Assembly: GCA_050951805.1 (NCBI GenBank)
Contig: JBMNJT010000003.1
Span: forward strand, 32,001-96,000
DNA: 64,000 nt
From: Bacillota bacterium
GTDB taxonomy: Bacteria; Bacillota; DTU025
Direction of reading: 5' to 3'
A program made the translations under genes and the position numbers. Below are positions 9,917 to 19,182 of the stretch, piece after piece. Each line of letters begins with the position of its first letter. Within the stretch, counting starts at the first letter, position 1. The notes under the pieces are model-generated. The model did not search any database. It saw only the letters and a program-made list of their open reading frames with translations, and was not told the origin of the DNA.

Positions 9917-12154
9917 GTGAGGCAGTTGGGCACGAGTGTCAGTGCCAATGCCATTGGATTTGCATACGGTTTAGCCCCGGTCTTTTCCGACGTATCCTTC
10001 CGATTGGATCCGGGGCGCTTTCTGGGAGTAGTCGGCCCCAACGGCGCAGGCAAGACTACGCTGCTCAAATGTTTGGCCGGCCTTTTGAAGCCATCGGTCG
10101 GTGAAATCCTGCTCGGGGGCGGCTGCCTCTCGTGCTTACAGAGGGAAGAGATAGCGAAGATCGTTGCGGTGGTTCCCCAGGATACACGGGTCGGATTCGA
10201 CTTTTCGGTGGAGGAGTTCGTGATGATGGGGCGGATCCCTCACCTCAAGAGGTTCTCGCGGGAAACGCGCAAAGATCGGGAGGCGGTGCGCTGGGCGATT
10301 GAATCGACCGGCATGGCCCCTTTTGCTCAAAGACTTGTCACATCACTGAGCGGTGGAGAGAGGCAGCGTGCCGCCATCGCTCGGGCGCTCGCTCAGGAGC
10401 CTAAAGTCCTCCTTCTAGATGAGCCCACATCCCACCTGGACATAAGGCGACAAGTGGAGATCTTGGACCTGGTCAAGATCATGAGCCTCGAACGCGACAT
10501 TACCGTGGTCGGGGTATTTCATGACCTGAGCCTTGCATCCATGTACTGTGATGAGATTCTGATGATGACAGAAGGCGAAGCCCGCTATTCTGGCACGCCT
10601 GAGGAGGTTTTGACGCAGGAAAACGTGGGGAGTCTGTATGGAGATAGAGTTGTGGTGACTGATCACCCTGTGCACTCTACTCCGCTCGTAGCGCCGCGCT
10701 CCTGTGCCCTGCTGAACAAGGACAACGAGCCTGGCAACGTAACTGGCATCGAGAACAAGCCTTGCGAGGCGGGCGAACTCGGCAAATCAGACCGGCCGGA
10801 CAAGTCTGGACGGCTCACCCTCATTACAGGGGGCGCAAGGAGCGGGAAGAGCTCATTTGCCGAGCGCATGGCTGCTGAGGCTGGGACTAAGGTCATGTAT
10901 GTAGCGACATGCGAGCCCATGGACGAAGAGATGCGTGCTCGGGTGAGCCGGCATCGTGAGCGAAGGCCGAAGTGGTGGATTACGGTGGAGGAGCCTGTTG
11001 ATGTTGCTGCGACAATCGCGAACGAGGCGAGTAACTACGATGCGGTGCTAGTCGATTGCCTCGGCCTTTTTGTCAGCAACCACCTGTTTGCGCAGGACGA
11101 AGAGGCTGATGATCAATCCAAGACAGAGGCCGTGCTGGCCGAGGTTGCAAGATTTGCCGAGGCGGCACGCGATGCCGGTTCCCACGTCATTGTCGTTACC
11201 AACGAGGTTGGGATGGGCGTTGTGCCTGCATATCCCCTCGGGCGTCTCTTCAGGGATGTGCTCGGATGGGCCAACCAAATCGTGGCTGAAGAGGCAGACG
11301 AGGTCTATCTGTGCGTGGCGGGGGAGCCTGTCAGGATAAAACCTCGGGGTGAAGCAGGAGTTGGTGAACGATTGCGGGCAGTCAACCGATCCGAGTCTCC
11401 AAGGCCTCGCCTTGAAAGAATAAGGGACCTCCTCATATACAACATGCCCGATGGGGCGGCGCTTGTCGTGTCGTGTGACTCGGCAGGTGCCATCGGCCCC
11501 AAAGGGCGCGATGTGATTGCAACGTCAGGCTACGTACTGGGCAGGTACATCACTCGCGTTGCTCTCATGGAACTTATCGCATGCGGCGCACAACCTATCC
11601 TGGTGGTGGACGCGCTCTGCGTCGAGCGTGACCCCACAGGCGATGAGATCATAAAGGGCGTGCGGGACGAGGCGGCCCTTGCGGGGCTCGATCCTGAAAT
11701 GGCTGTGACGGGGAGTACCGAAGAGAACATCGCTACCTCTCAGACAGGCATCGGCATCGCTGCCATTGGGATTGCGGAAAGGTCAGAACTGAGGCTGGGA
11801 AGGGCCTCGGTTGGCGATGCCCTCGTCTGCATTGGGGTTGCGAAGGTAGGCAACGAAGTGACTTTGGATGACCCGGAAATCGTGGATCTTGGAGCAGTGA
11901 GGGCTCTGGCCAATATCGAGTGGGTTCACGAGATCGTGCCTGTAGGTTCCCGTGGAATTCGCGCCGAGGCGGAGGACTTGGCCGAAACGAACGGCCTCAG
12001 GTTTCGGGTGAAACCAGGCGCCCATCTCGACTTGGACAAGTCGGCCGGACCTGCAACGTGTGTGGTTGCGGCATGCGATGATGCACATTGGCAGGAGCTA
12101 TCAGCCATGATTGGACAGCCGGTATTCATGGTCGGAGAGGTTGAGGCGCCATGA
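9917..12154 (+). CDS. Triple fusion: BtuD-like ABC ATPase + CobU/CobP adenosylcobinamide kinase/guanylyltransferase + CblS-like alpha-ribazole kinase
   Basis: GPNGAGKTT, LSGGERQR, LLLDEPT (ABC); LITGGARSGKSSFAE, YVAT, VLVDCL, VTNEVGMGVVP, FRDVLGWANQ (CobU); RDLL..VVSCDSAGAIGPK, RVALMEL, TGSTEENI, EIVPVGSRGI, KSAGPATC (CblS). Confidence 0.88.
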   Translation: MRQLGTSVSANAIGFAYGLAPVFSDVSFRLDPGRFLGVVGPNGAGKTTLLKCLAGLLKPSVGEILLGGGCLSCLQREEIAKIVAVVPQDTRVGFDFSVEEFVMMGRIPHLKRFSRETRKDREAVRWAIESTGMAPFAQRLVTSLSGGERQRAAIARALAQEPKVLLLDEPTSHLDIRRQVEILDLVKIMSLERDITVVGVFHDLSLASMYCDEILMMTEGEARYSGTPEEVLTQENVGSLYGDRVVVTDHPVHSTPLVAPRSCALLNKDNEPGNVTGIENKPCEAGELGKSDRPDKSGRLTLITGGARSGKSSFAERMAAEAGTKVMYVATCEPMDEEMRARVSRHRERRPKWWITVEEPVDVAATIANEASNYDAVLVDCLGLFVSNHLFAQDEEADDQSKTEAVLAEVARFAEAARDAGSHVIVVTNEVGMGVVPAYPLGRLFRDVLGWANQIVAEEADEVYLCVAGEPVRIKPRGEAGVGERLRAVNRSESPRPRLERIRDLLIYNMPDGAALVVSCDSAGAIGPKGRDVIATSGYVLGRYITRVALMELIACGAQPILVVDALCVERDPTGDEIIKGVRDEAALAGLDPEMAVTGSTEENIATSQTGIGIAAIGIAERSELRLGRASVGDALVCIGVAKVGNEVTLDDPEIVDLGAVRALANIEWVHEIVPVGSRGIRAEAEDLAETNGLRFRVKPGAHLDLDKSAGPATCVVAACDDAHWQELSAMIGQPVFMVGEVEAP

Positions 12155-12903
12155 AAAGAGTAATTGATAGGTTCGCGATAGCCATGTCGTTTCTGACCGT
12201 CTTGCCTGTTTACAGAGGGGATGCGCCGTGGGAAGACGAGATTGCCCGCTCCGCAGTCTTCTTCCCCTTGATCGGGCTGGTGATAGGTCTCATCGTAGCT
12301 GCGGTTGACGCACTTGCCCTGCATGCATTCAGTCCGCTGTGTGCTGCGGTTATCGGGATGATGGTGCAGTTTTGGGTTACAGGCGGAATGCACGTGGACG
12401 GGCTCATGGACACTGCCGATGGGATGCTGAGCGGGCGCTCAGCTGACAGGATCCTCGCCATCATGCACGACGGCAGCGTGGGGCCGATGGGGGCGACCGT
12501 TGGAGTGTTCATAATCATCCTCAAAGTTGCATTGGCGGCTTCGATGAGCGGCAGAACCCGCACAGCTGCCCTCATGTGCGCACCTGCCATGGGACGGTTG
12601 AGCATGGTTCTGTCCTTTTGCTTGTTCCCTCCCGCCACGCCTGAGCGTGGAATGGGAAGGCAGTTGGCCCGGAAAGTTGGCCCGGGAGAGTTTGCGATTA
12701 CCCTGTCATGCACTGCCGCACTCTGCTTTATGTTAGCCGGGCCCAGATCGCTTTCGGCCGCAGCCTGCTCCTTAGGTGTAGCGCTATTTGCGGGCTGGAG
12801 AGTATCGAGTTCCATCGGGGGAGTGACCGGGGATGTTTACGGGGCCCTATGCGAAATCGCAGAAGTCGTGTCGCTCGCGGCCTTCGCTTTCACGGCCGCA
12901 TAG
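12151..12903 (+). CDS. cobS: Cobamide (5'-phosphate) synthase
   Basis: FLTVLP, TGGMHVDGLMDTADG, IMHDGSVGPMG, GGVTGDVYGA; ATGA overlap with the upstream gene. Confidence 0.93.
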   Translation: MKRVIDRFAIAMSFLTVLPVYRGDAPWEDEIARSAVFFPLIGLVIGLIVAAVDALALHAFSPLCAAVIGMMVQFWVTGGMHVDGLMDTADGMLSGRSADRILAIMHDGSVGPMGATVGVFIIILKVALAASMSGRTRTAALMCAPAMGRLSMVLSFCLFPPATPERGMGRQLARKVGPGEFAITLSCTAALCFMLAGPRSLSAAACSLGVALFAGWRVSSSIGGVTGDVYGALCEIAEVVSLAAFAFTAA

Positions 12904-12930
12904 CTAGAGAATTGGAGTGCTGAGCGCGCT

Positions 12931-13596
12931 ATGGTAAAACGTATCTACCTTGTTCGGCACGGAGAGACTGCTGCAACCTCTGGGCGAAGGTTCGAAGGCT
13001 CGGGCCCAATAAGCGGGCTCGGGACTCCTCTTTCGGAGAAGGGCGCGATCCAGGCTGAGATGGCGGCTGATGCCCTGGCGGGCGAGGACGTTTTTGGGGT
13101 GTATGCGAGCCCTCTCTTGAGAACGGTACAGACCGCAATCCCAATATCCCAGGCCACAGGGGTTGCGATTGAGCTTGAACCGGATCTTGCGGAAGGCTCT
13201 TTCGGGGCCTGGGAAGGGATGACCTTCGATGAGATAGAGCACCGGTATCCTTTGGAAGTAAAGCGGTGGTTTGCAGATCCATTGGGGTACGCGCCCCCCG
13301 GGGGCGAGTCCGTTCGGCAGCTTGCTGCGAGAGTCATCCCTTGCATAGAGCGGATTGCCGGCAAGTTCCAGGGCGAAGAGGGCACGGCAGTAGTTGTGAC
13401 ACATGGGGGCCCCATCAGGGCAGTCCTTTCGTCTTGTTTGTGTGGAAACCTTGAGATGTTCGGGTCGATCCCAGTGGACCCCGGATCCATCAGCACCTTG
13501 CGGTGTGTCGGGCCGGGGGCTGCCGGAATCGAGGTTGAATCGATGAATGTGACATCGTTTTCGGAGAGAGGCAGAGCGGCCCGTTTTAGAGGATAG
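12931..13596 (+). CDS. cobC: Histidine phosphatase, alpha-ribazole-phosphate/cobalamin-phosphate phosphatase
   Basis: LVRHGET, SPLLR, FGAWEG, PPGGES, VTHGG; follows cobS. Confidence 0.82.
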   Translation: MVKRIYLVRHGETAATSGRRFEGSGPISGLGTPLSEKGAIQAEMAADALAGEDVFGVYASPLLRTVQTAIPISQATGVAIELEPDLAEGSFGAWEGMTFDEIEHRYPLEVKRWFADPLGYAPPGGESVRQLAARVIPCIERIAGKFQGEEGTAVVVTHGGPIRAVLSSCLCGNLEMFGSIPVDPGSISTLRCVGPGAAGIEVESMNVTSFSERGRAARFRG

Positions 13597-13617
13597 GCTC
13601 AAGTGCGGGCCAAAACA

Positions 13618-13795
13618 GAATATCGGTGCAAACAGGCGCCCCGCAAGCCGGGGAGAATAGGGAATCAGGTGTGAGACCTGAGCGGCCCCGCCACTGTAAC
13701 CGCGAGCGTGCAGCATGGCCACTGTCGCTGGGAGCGATGGGAAGGCGCTGGATTTGACGCTATGACCGGAAGCCAGGAGACCTGCCTGTTTGCCG
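13618..13795 (+). ncRNA. Cobalamin riboswitch 2
   Basis: AATAGGGAATCAGGTG, CCCGCCACTGTAA, GCCACTG..GGGAAGG, AAGCCAGGAGACCTGCCTG. Confidence 0.93.
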
Positions 13796-13922
13796 CGCCT
13801 GAACCTTCGGCGGAAAGGGGGCGGTGCATGGGCAGGCCGTTTCGTCTGTCATACACATGTGTTGCTGTCCGGCTTTCAAGAGGAGTCCGGACGTCCATAT
13901 TTCTACAGAATGGGGGATTCAC

Positions 13923-14852
13923 ATGTTCAAAAAAGATTGGATCAGATCCCTATCGGCAATCGTGCTGGCTGTGTTATTGACGTTGGTTCCCGGGGCAATA
14001 GGGGCGCACGCCGCCGACATGTACCCATTGTCCATCACCGATGACCTGGGCCGAAAGGTTGAGATAACGAGCAAGCCTCGACGGTTTGTTTCTCTCGCCC
14101 CTAGTTGGACTGAGATCCTTTTTGAGCTCGGCCTTGGCGACCAGGTAGTGGGGGTGACCCAATTCTGCGACTACCCAGCAGAAGCGGCCAAGAAGACCAA
14201 GGTAGGAGGGTTTTCGGACCCGAACATCGAGCTGATCGTCTCGCTTCAGGCTGACGTGGTTTTTGGAACCACGATGCACATGAAAGTGGCACCTGAGTTC
14301 GAAAAGCGCGGAATCAAGTTCGTATGCCAGAATGCTCAGACGGTGCGCGGCGTAATGGACAATATCATGATGGCAGCCAAGATAGCGGGTGTTCCTGATC
14401 GAGCTGACAAGGTGAACGGAAATATCGAAAAGACAATGGCCCAGGTGACAAAAGCGGTGGCCAAGATCCCTGTCAAAGAACGTCTCAGCGTGCTGTATCT
14501 CGTATGGGACGAGCCGGTGATGAGTGTCGGTCCCAACACTCTCATCTCCGACATGATCACATGTGCGGGAGGAGTGAGCATTACTCGCGACGCGTCCTCC
14601 GACTACCCTTCATACAGCCTTGAAACCATAGTGGCCAAGAATCCAGACGTGATACTCGCACCCCACGTGCATAGTGGCGGTGGACTGGATCCTGCGACAC
14701 TGAAATCGAAGGCGGGATGGCAGACGATCGATGCAGTGCGCAAGGGGAATGTATTCCTGGTCGACGATAACCTCGTGTCGAGGCCGGGCCCGCGCGTTGG
14801 CGAAGGCGTTATGGAGTTTGCGAGGGCTCTCTATCCTGAGCTGTTTCGGTAA
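13923..14852 (+). CDS. btuF: Cobalamin/corrinoid-binding ABC substrate-binding protein
   Basis: Signal peptide; RFVSLAPSWTEILFELG, VGVTQFCDYP, SRPGPR; downstream of a B12 riboswitch. Confidence 0.88.
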   Translation: MFKKDWIRSLSAIVLAVLLTLVPGAIGAHAADMYPLSITDDLGRKVEITSKPRRFVSLAPSWTEILFELGLGDQVVGVTQFCDYPAEAAKKTKVGGFSDPNIELIVSLQADVVFGTTMHMKVAPEFEKRGIKFVCQNAQTVRGVMDNIMMAAKIAGVPDRADKVNGNIEKTMAQVTKAVAKIPVKERLSVLYLVWDEPVMSVGPNTLISDMITCAGGVSITRDASSDYPSYSLETIVAKNPDVILAPHVHSGGGLDPATLKSKAGWQTIDAVRKGNVFLVDDNLVSRPGPRVGEGVMEFARALYPELFR

Positions 14853-14908
14853 GGAGCTGGCCTGGCAGCCCGGCAGATGGCGAGTATAGGAAATGCAGGT
14901 GAGGGCGG

Positions 14909-15949
14909 GTGCGGGATAGGTTGGGCAAAGGACTTATGCCGATTCTGATTGTGTCTTTGGTAGTAGTGTCTGTCTTGTCATTGAGAATAGGGGCAGTCGA
15001 GCTTTCCGGGAAGGAGATACTTGCTGTGATATGGGACTGGATTGTCTCGACGGCAACTGGTGACCGAAAAGGAGACTCTACTCCCACCGAAGAGATCGTT
15101 CTTAGGATCCGAATGCCCAGGATCGTCCTGGCGGCGCTTGTGGGAGCATCCCTTGCGCTGTCTGGCACTGTGTATCAGGCGCTCTTTCGGAATCCGATGG
15201 CAGATCCATACGTGATCGGGGCGTCAGCCGGCGCATCCTTAGGGGCGACAATAGCCATGATGCTCCCGATCAGCGTCCAAACGCTCCATCTGGGAGTTGT
15301 TCCGCTATTCGCCTTCATCGGCTCTATAGTCAGCGTTGCTACGGTGTTCAACCTTGCACGAGTGGGCGAGAGGACTCCAATGGTCAACTTGATTCTCGCG
15401 GGCGTTGCTGTTGGATCTATTCTCTCGTCCCTCGTGTCGCTTCTTATGTATCTCATGCCCCAGGACGGCCTTCATGGCTTGATGTTCTGGCTCATGGGGG
15501 GCTTTTCGGGGCGAAACTGGACACACGTTCTCGTGATGCTTCCCCATCTGGTTCTCGGTCTGACAGTGATCATCTACTACTGGAGAGAGCTAAATGCGAT
15601 TCTTTTGGGTGAGGAGGAGGCACTGAGCCTCGGAGTCGACGTCGGCAAAGTCACAAGAAGGCTCATAGCCGCTGCCTCTCTGCTAACCGCTGCTTCAGTG
15701 GCCTCCAGCGGGATCATAGGGTTCGTGGGCTTGGTCGTTCCACACTTGGTGAGAATAGTGATCGGCCCTGACCATAAGAAATTGATTCCAAACGCATGTC
15801 TGCTCGGCGCAGTATTCATGTTGGCTGCAGACACCGTTGCACGATCTATCATTCCTCCGAGGGAGCTGCCGGTGGGAATCGTCACATCGCTTGCGGGGGG
15901 GCCGTTCTTTATCTATTTGTTGAGGAAATACAAGGTGAAGGAGTGGTGA
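14909..15949 (+). CDS. btuC: FecCD/BtuC-family ABC permease
   Basis: IRMPRIV, QALFRNPMADPY, LGEEEALSLG, GIIGFVGLVVPH, ELPVGIVT. Confidence 0.9.
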   Translation: MRDRLGKGLMPILIVSLVVVSVLSLRIGAVELSGKEILAVIWDWIVSTATGDRKGDSTPTEEIVLRIRMPRIVLAALVGASLALSGTVYQALFRNPMADPYVIGASAGASLGATIAMMLPISVQTLHLGVVPLFAFIGSIVSVATVFNLARVGERTPMVNLILAGVAVGSILSSLVSLLMYLMPQDGLHGLMFWLMGGFSGRNWTHVLVMLPHLVLGLTVIIYYWRELNAILLGEEEALSLGVDVGKVTRRLIAAASLLTAASVASSGIIGFVGLVVPHLVRIVIGPDHKKLIPNACLLGAVFMLAADTVARSIIPPRELPVGIVTSLAGGPFFIYLLRKYKVKEW

Positions 15950-15955
15950 TCAGAT

Positions 15956-16798
15956 TTGCCTGCGGCCACAATCATGATTCAGGGCACTACATCCTCTGCG
16001 GGAAAGAGCGTGCTTTGCGCCGGGCTTTGCCGCCTCTTTCATCAGGAGGGCTTCAGAGTTGCTCCTTTCAAATCGCAGAACATGTCCACAGAGTCCGCGA
16101 TTACGGCTGACGGCGGCGAAATCAGCGTTTCCCAGGCTTTTCAGGCGCTTGCTTGTGGAATCCAACCGTCAGCAGACATGAATCCAGTACTGCTCAAACC
16201 CCTCGGCGACATGACCAGCGAGGCAATACTTGCTGGCAAGAGCGTTGGCGTGATCCACGCGGCGGAATACCGGTACAGGCACTTAGGTGCCGCTCTCGGG
16301 TGCATTGAGCGGTCGTACCGTCGACTCGCAGCTGAATACGACATTGTAGTGATAGAGGGCGCCGGGAGCCCCGCCGAGGTCAACCTGAAGGACAGGGATA
16401 TTTGCAACATGAGGATCGCCCGGATGGCCGACGCTCCGGTTTTACTGGTGGCGAATATCGATCCAGGCGGGGCGCTGGCCGCCATCGTGGGCACCCTCGA
16501 GCTGCTCGATGCGGATGAGCGGGACAGAGTAAAGGGGCTTGTGATAAACAAGTTCAGGGGAGACTTCTCCCTTCTTGCGCCAGGGCTCGACTTCCTCGAA
16601 AAGAAGACAGGAAAACCGGTTTTGGGCGTGATTCCCTACATCGATAACCTTGCCATTGCGGAAGAGGACTCGCTTGGCGGAAAAAGAGGAATCTCTTTGG
16701 GGGCTATCTCGACGCTCGATGCGGAATGCGACAGGATTGCGGCGGCTGTGCGGAAAGCCATCGATATCGATGAGCTGTTCGGGATTATGGGGCTGTAG
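15956..16798 (+). CDS. cobQ: Cobyric acid synthase synthetase domain only (no glutamine amidotransferase domain)
   Basis: IMIQGTTSSAGKS, APFKSQNMS, MNPVLLKP, VIEGAGSPAEVN, VINKFRGD, EEDS; only 280 aa. Confidence 0.88.
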   Translation: MPAATIMIQGTTSSAGKSVLCAGLCRLFHQEGFRVAPFKSQNMSTESAITADGGEISVSQAFQALACGIQPSADMNPVLLKPLGDMTSEAILAGKSVGVIHAAEYRYRHLGAALGCIERSYRRLAAEYDIVVIEGAGSPAEVNLKDRDICNMRIARMADAPVLLVANIDPGGALAAIVGTLELLDADERDRVKGLVINKFRGDFSLLAPGLDFLEKKTGKPVLGVIPYIDNLAIAEEDSLGGKRGISLGAISTLDAECDRIAAAVRKAIDIDELFGIMGL

Positions 16799-16799
16799 G

Positions 16800-17765
16800 A
16801 TGAGCACAGGTGTGATGGTCGTAATCGCCTTCCTCGTTGATGCGGCAATGGGGGATCCAATACGTGGTACGCACCCGGTAGTTCTCATGGGCAGGGCGAT
16901 CGAGTTGCTCGAAAAGGTTCTCCGGCCTAGACGCGCCGAGCCCAAGACGGAGAAGATCATGGGAGCGGTTCTTGCCGCTACAATTGTAGCAGGAACCTAT
17001 GCTGTCTCCAGAACGCTGCTCAATGCAGTGCGCGGCTTTTGTCCGCACGCAGGCGATATCCTGGAGATCTGGCTGTTGTCGACCGCCTTGGCGGCTCGAG
17101 GCCTCTATGATAGCGCCATGCAGGTGCGCGCGCCGCTGCTAGACGGCAACCTTCCGGCAACCAGGGAGAACTTGAGCATGATAGTGGGACGCGATACAGA
17201 GAACCTCAGTGAGGAAGAGGCGGTTCGCGCAACCGTGGAGACTGTTGCTGAGAACACGTCTGATGGGGTGATAGCGCCGCTCCTGTTCGGATTGATAGGA
17301 GGCGCGCCGTTGGCATTGGCATATAAGGCAGTCAACACCCTCGACTCGATGGTAGGGTACAAGGATGAACGTTATGCCGATTTCGGGTGGGCGTCTGCAA
17401 AACTGGATGATATTGCAAACTTCATTCCTGCCCGGATTGCCGGCCTCTTCCTGGTGGCTGCGGCCGCAGTGACGGGACATGACTGTAGGGGCGCATGGCG
17501 TGTCATGTTGAGAGACCAAAGAGCGCATCCAAGCCCAAACTCGGGGGTAGGAGAGGCAGCGGTTGCAGGGGCCTTAGGCGTGCAGCTAGGAGGGGTCAAC
17601 ACATATGGAGGACAGGAATCTGTCAGGCCGCATATCGGCGATGCTGTAAAGACCCTTGAGCCTCGCCATATTGAAGAATCTGTCCACTTGATGTACTGGG
17701 CGTCTGCAATGGCGATGGCGGCAGGGGCTGCATTGCGCGCGGTCATCGATGGAATCGGGGTGTGA
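16800..17765 (+). CDS. cbiB: Adenosylcobinamide-phosphate synthase
   Basis: GDP..HPVV, MIVGRDT, ETVAENTSDGVIAPL, YKAVNTLDSMVGY, DDIANFIPAR, HPSPNSG. Confidence 0.93.
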   Translation: MSTGVMVVIAFLVDAAMGDPIRGTHPVVLMGRAIELLEKVLRPRRAEPKTEKIMGAVLAATIVAGTYAVSRTLLNAVRGFCPHAGDILEIWLLSTALAARGLYDSAMQVRAPLLDGNLPATRENLSMIVGRDTENLSEEEAVRATVETVAENTSDGVIAPLLFGLIGGAPLALAYKAVNTLDSMVGYKDERYADFGWASAKLDDIANFIPARIAGLFLVAAAAVTGHDCRGAWRVMLRDQRAHPSPNSGVGEAAVAGALGVQLGGVNTYGGQESVRPHIGDAVKTLEPRHIEESVHLMYWASAMAMAAGAALRAVIDGIGV

Positions 17766-17772
17766 GAGTGTA

Positions 17773-18876
17773 ATGGTGGATTATTGTATCCCGCTTCACG
17801 GCGGGAATGTGCATCGTGCGGCGCGCGCCCGGCGCGTGGATGTGGAAAAGGTGCTGGATTTCAGCGCAAACATCAATCCTCTCGGGCCTTCGCCATTGGC
17901 GACCGAAGCCATAAGGTCCAATCTGCACATGATAAGGCATTATCCGGATCCAGACTGCACTGAGCTGCGAGAGGAGCTTGCTCAGTATCTACAGGCAGAT
18001 GTGGCTTCGGTGATAGTGGGAAACGGCGGGGCAGAGATTATCCAGATGCTCGCGTACGTTCTGAGGCCCCAGAAGGCGTTGATCCTGTCGCCCACATTCT
18101 CCGAGTACGGCAGAGCTGTGGCATGTGCGGGGGGAACGGTTGTGAGGGTTCCGCTTCGAAGAGACGATGGATATTCCATAGACTACGATATGGTCCGCGC
18201 GAACATGGACGGCGTCGACATGGTGTGGGTGTGCAATCCTAACAATCCCACAGGGACTCTTTTACCGAGGAAAGCCATCCTGGAACTGGCAGACATTGTG
18301 GCTCGATGCGGGGCTGCTTTGGTGGTAGATGAGGCTTTCATCGATTTCGTTGCTGATTCGGAAGAATACAGTGTGCGGGACGAAGTTCAAGAAAGAAGGA
18401 ACCTCGTGGTTATCGGGTCTTTGACGAAGTTCTTCGCAATCCCCGGACTTCGAGTCGGCTATGCGATTGCCCCCGAGGACTTGGCAGACAGATTGCGGCG
18501 GCAGGCGCCGCCATGGAACGTGAACTTTCTGGCCCAGGTTGCAGCTGTGGCGTCATTGCAAGATACGGAATACATGGGGTCCACCAGAGAGTTTATTGCG
18601 CGCGAGCGTTCCTGGCTTGTTCGAGAGCTTGAGAAGCTAGGGGCGGAAGTTGGCGTCAAGGTTATCCCTCCGTCCGCAAACTTCATCCTTCTTGACATGA
18701 GTGAATCGGGGCTGAGCTCGGCAAAGTTGTGTCGTAGGTTATCGTGCTCAAACATTCTGGTGCGCGATTGCAGCAATTTCCCATTCCTCAGTGAAAACCA
18801 TGTGCGGATTGCAGTGCGTAGTCGGCCTGAGAATGAAAGGCTCCTTGAGGCGCTCAGAGAGGTCTTCGGTGAATGA
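17773..18876 (+). CDS. cobD: L-threonine-O-3-phosphate decarboxylase (PLP-dependent)
   Basis: HGGN, DFSANINPLG, YPDP, CNPNNPTG, DEAFIDF, SLTKFFAIPGLRVGY, VRDCSNF. Confidence 0.9.
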   Translation: MVDYCIPLHGGNVHRAARARRVDVEKVLDFSANINPLGPSPLATEAIRSNLHMIRHYPDPDCTELREELAQYLQADVASVIVGNGGAEIIQMLAYVLRPQKALILSPTFSEYGRAVACAGGTVVRVPLRRDDGYSIDYDMVRANMDGVDMVWVCNPNNPTGTLLPRKAILELADIVARCGAALVVDEAFIDFVADSEEYSVRDEVQERRNLVVIGSLTKFFAIPGLRVGYAIAPEDLADRLRRQAPPWNVNFLAQVAAVASLQDTEYMGSTREFIARERSWLVRELEKLGAEVGVKVIPPSANFILLDMSESGLSSAKLCRRLSCSNILVRDCSNFPFLSENHVRIAVRSRPENERLLEALREVFGE

Positions 18877-19182
18877 GCAGCTCCAAGAATATTTCAGGTC
18901 AAGCAAAAAGCCACTGCCAGGAAACTAGCCTCCACTTCATGGGATGCAATGAAGATTCCGTGGATAACGTTACACACGTTTTGAGTCCGAAAGAGTGCCA
19001 TATATAGATAGGACTGGACACTAAATGGGTAACTACCAATTGCGTTAGCTTGTATTTTGATACTACGATTTTTCGCAGTATGGACCATGAACGGCGTTTG
19101 CTTGCCACTCAAAAGCTTTCACAACTTGCAAAAAGGAAGAAGCTTCTGCAGCGGCGTTTCGACTGGCTATGGATGCGCCCGT

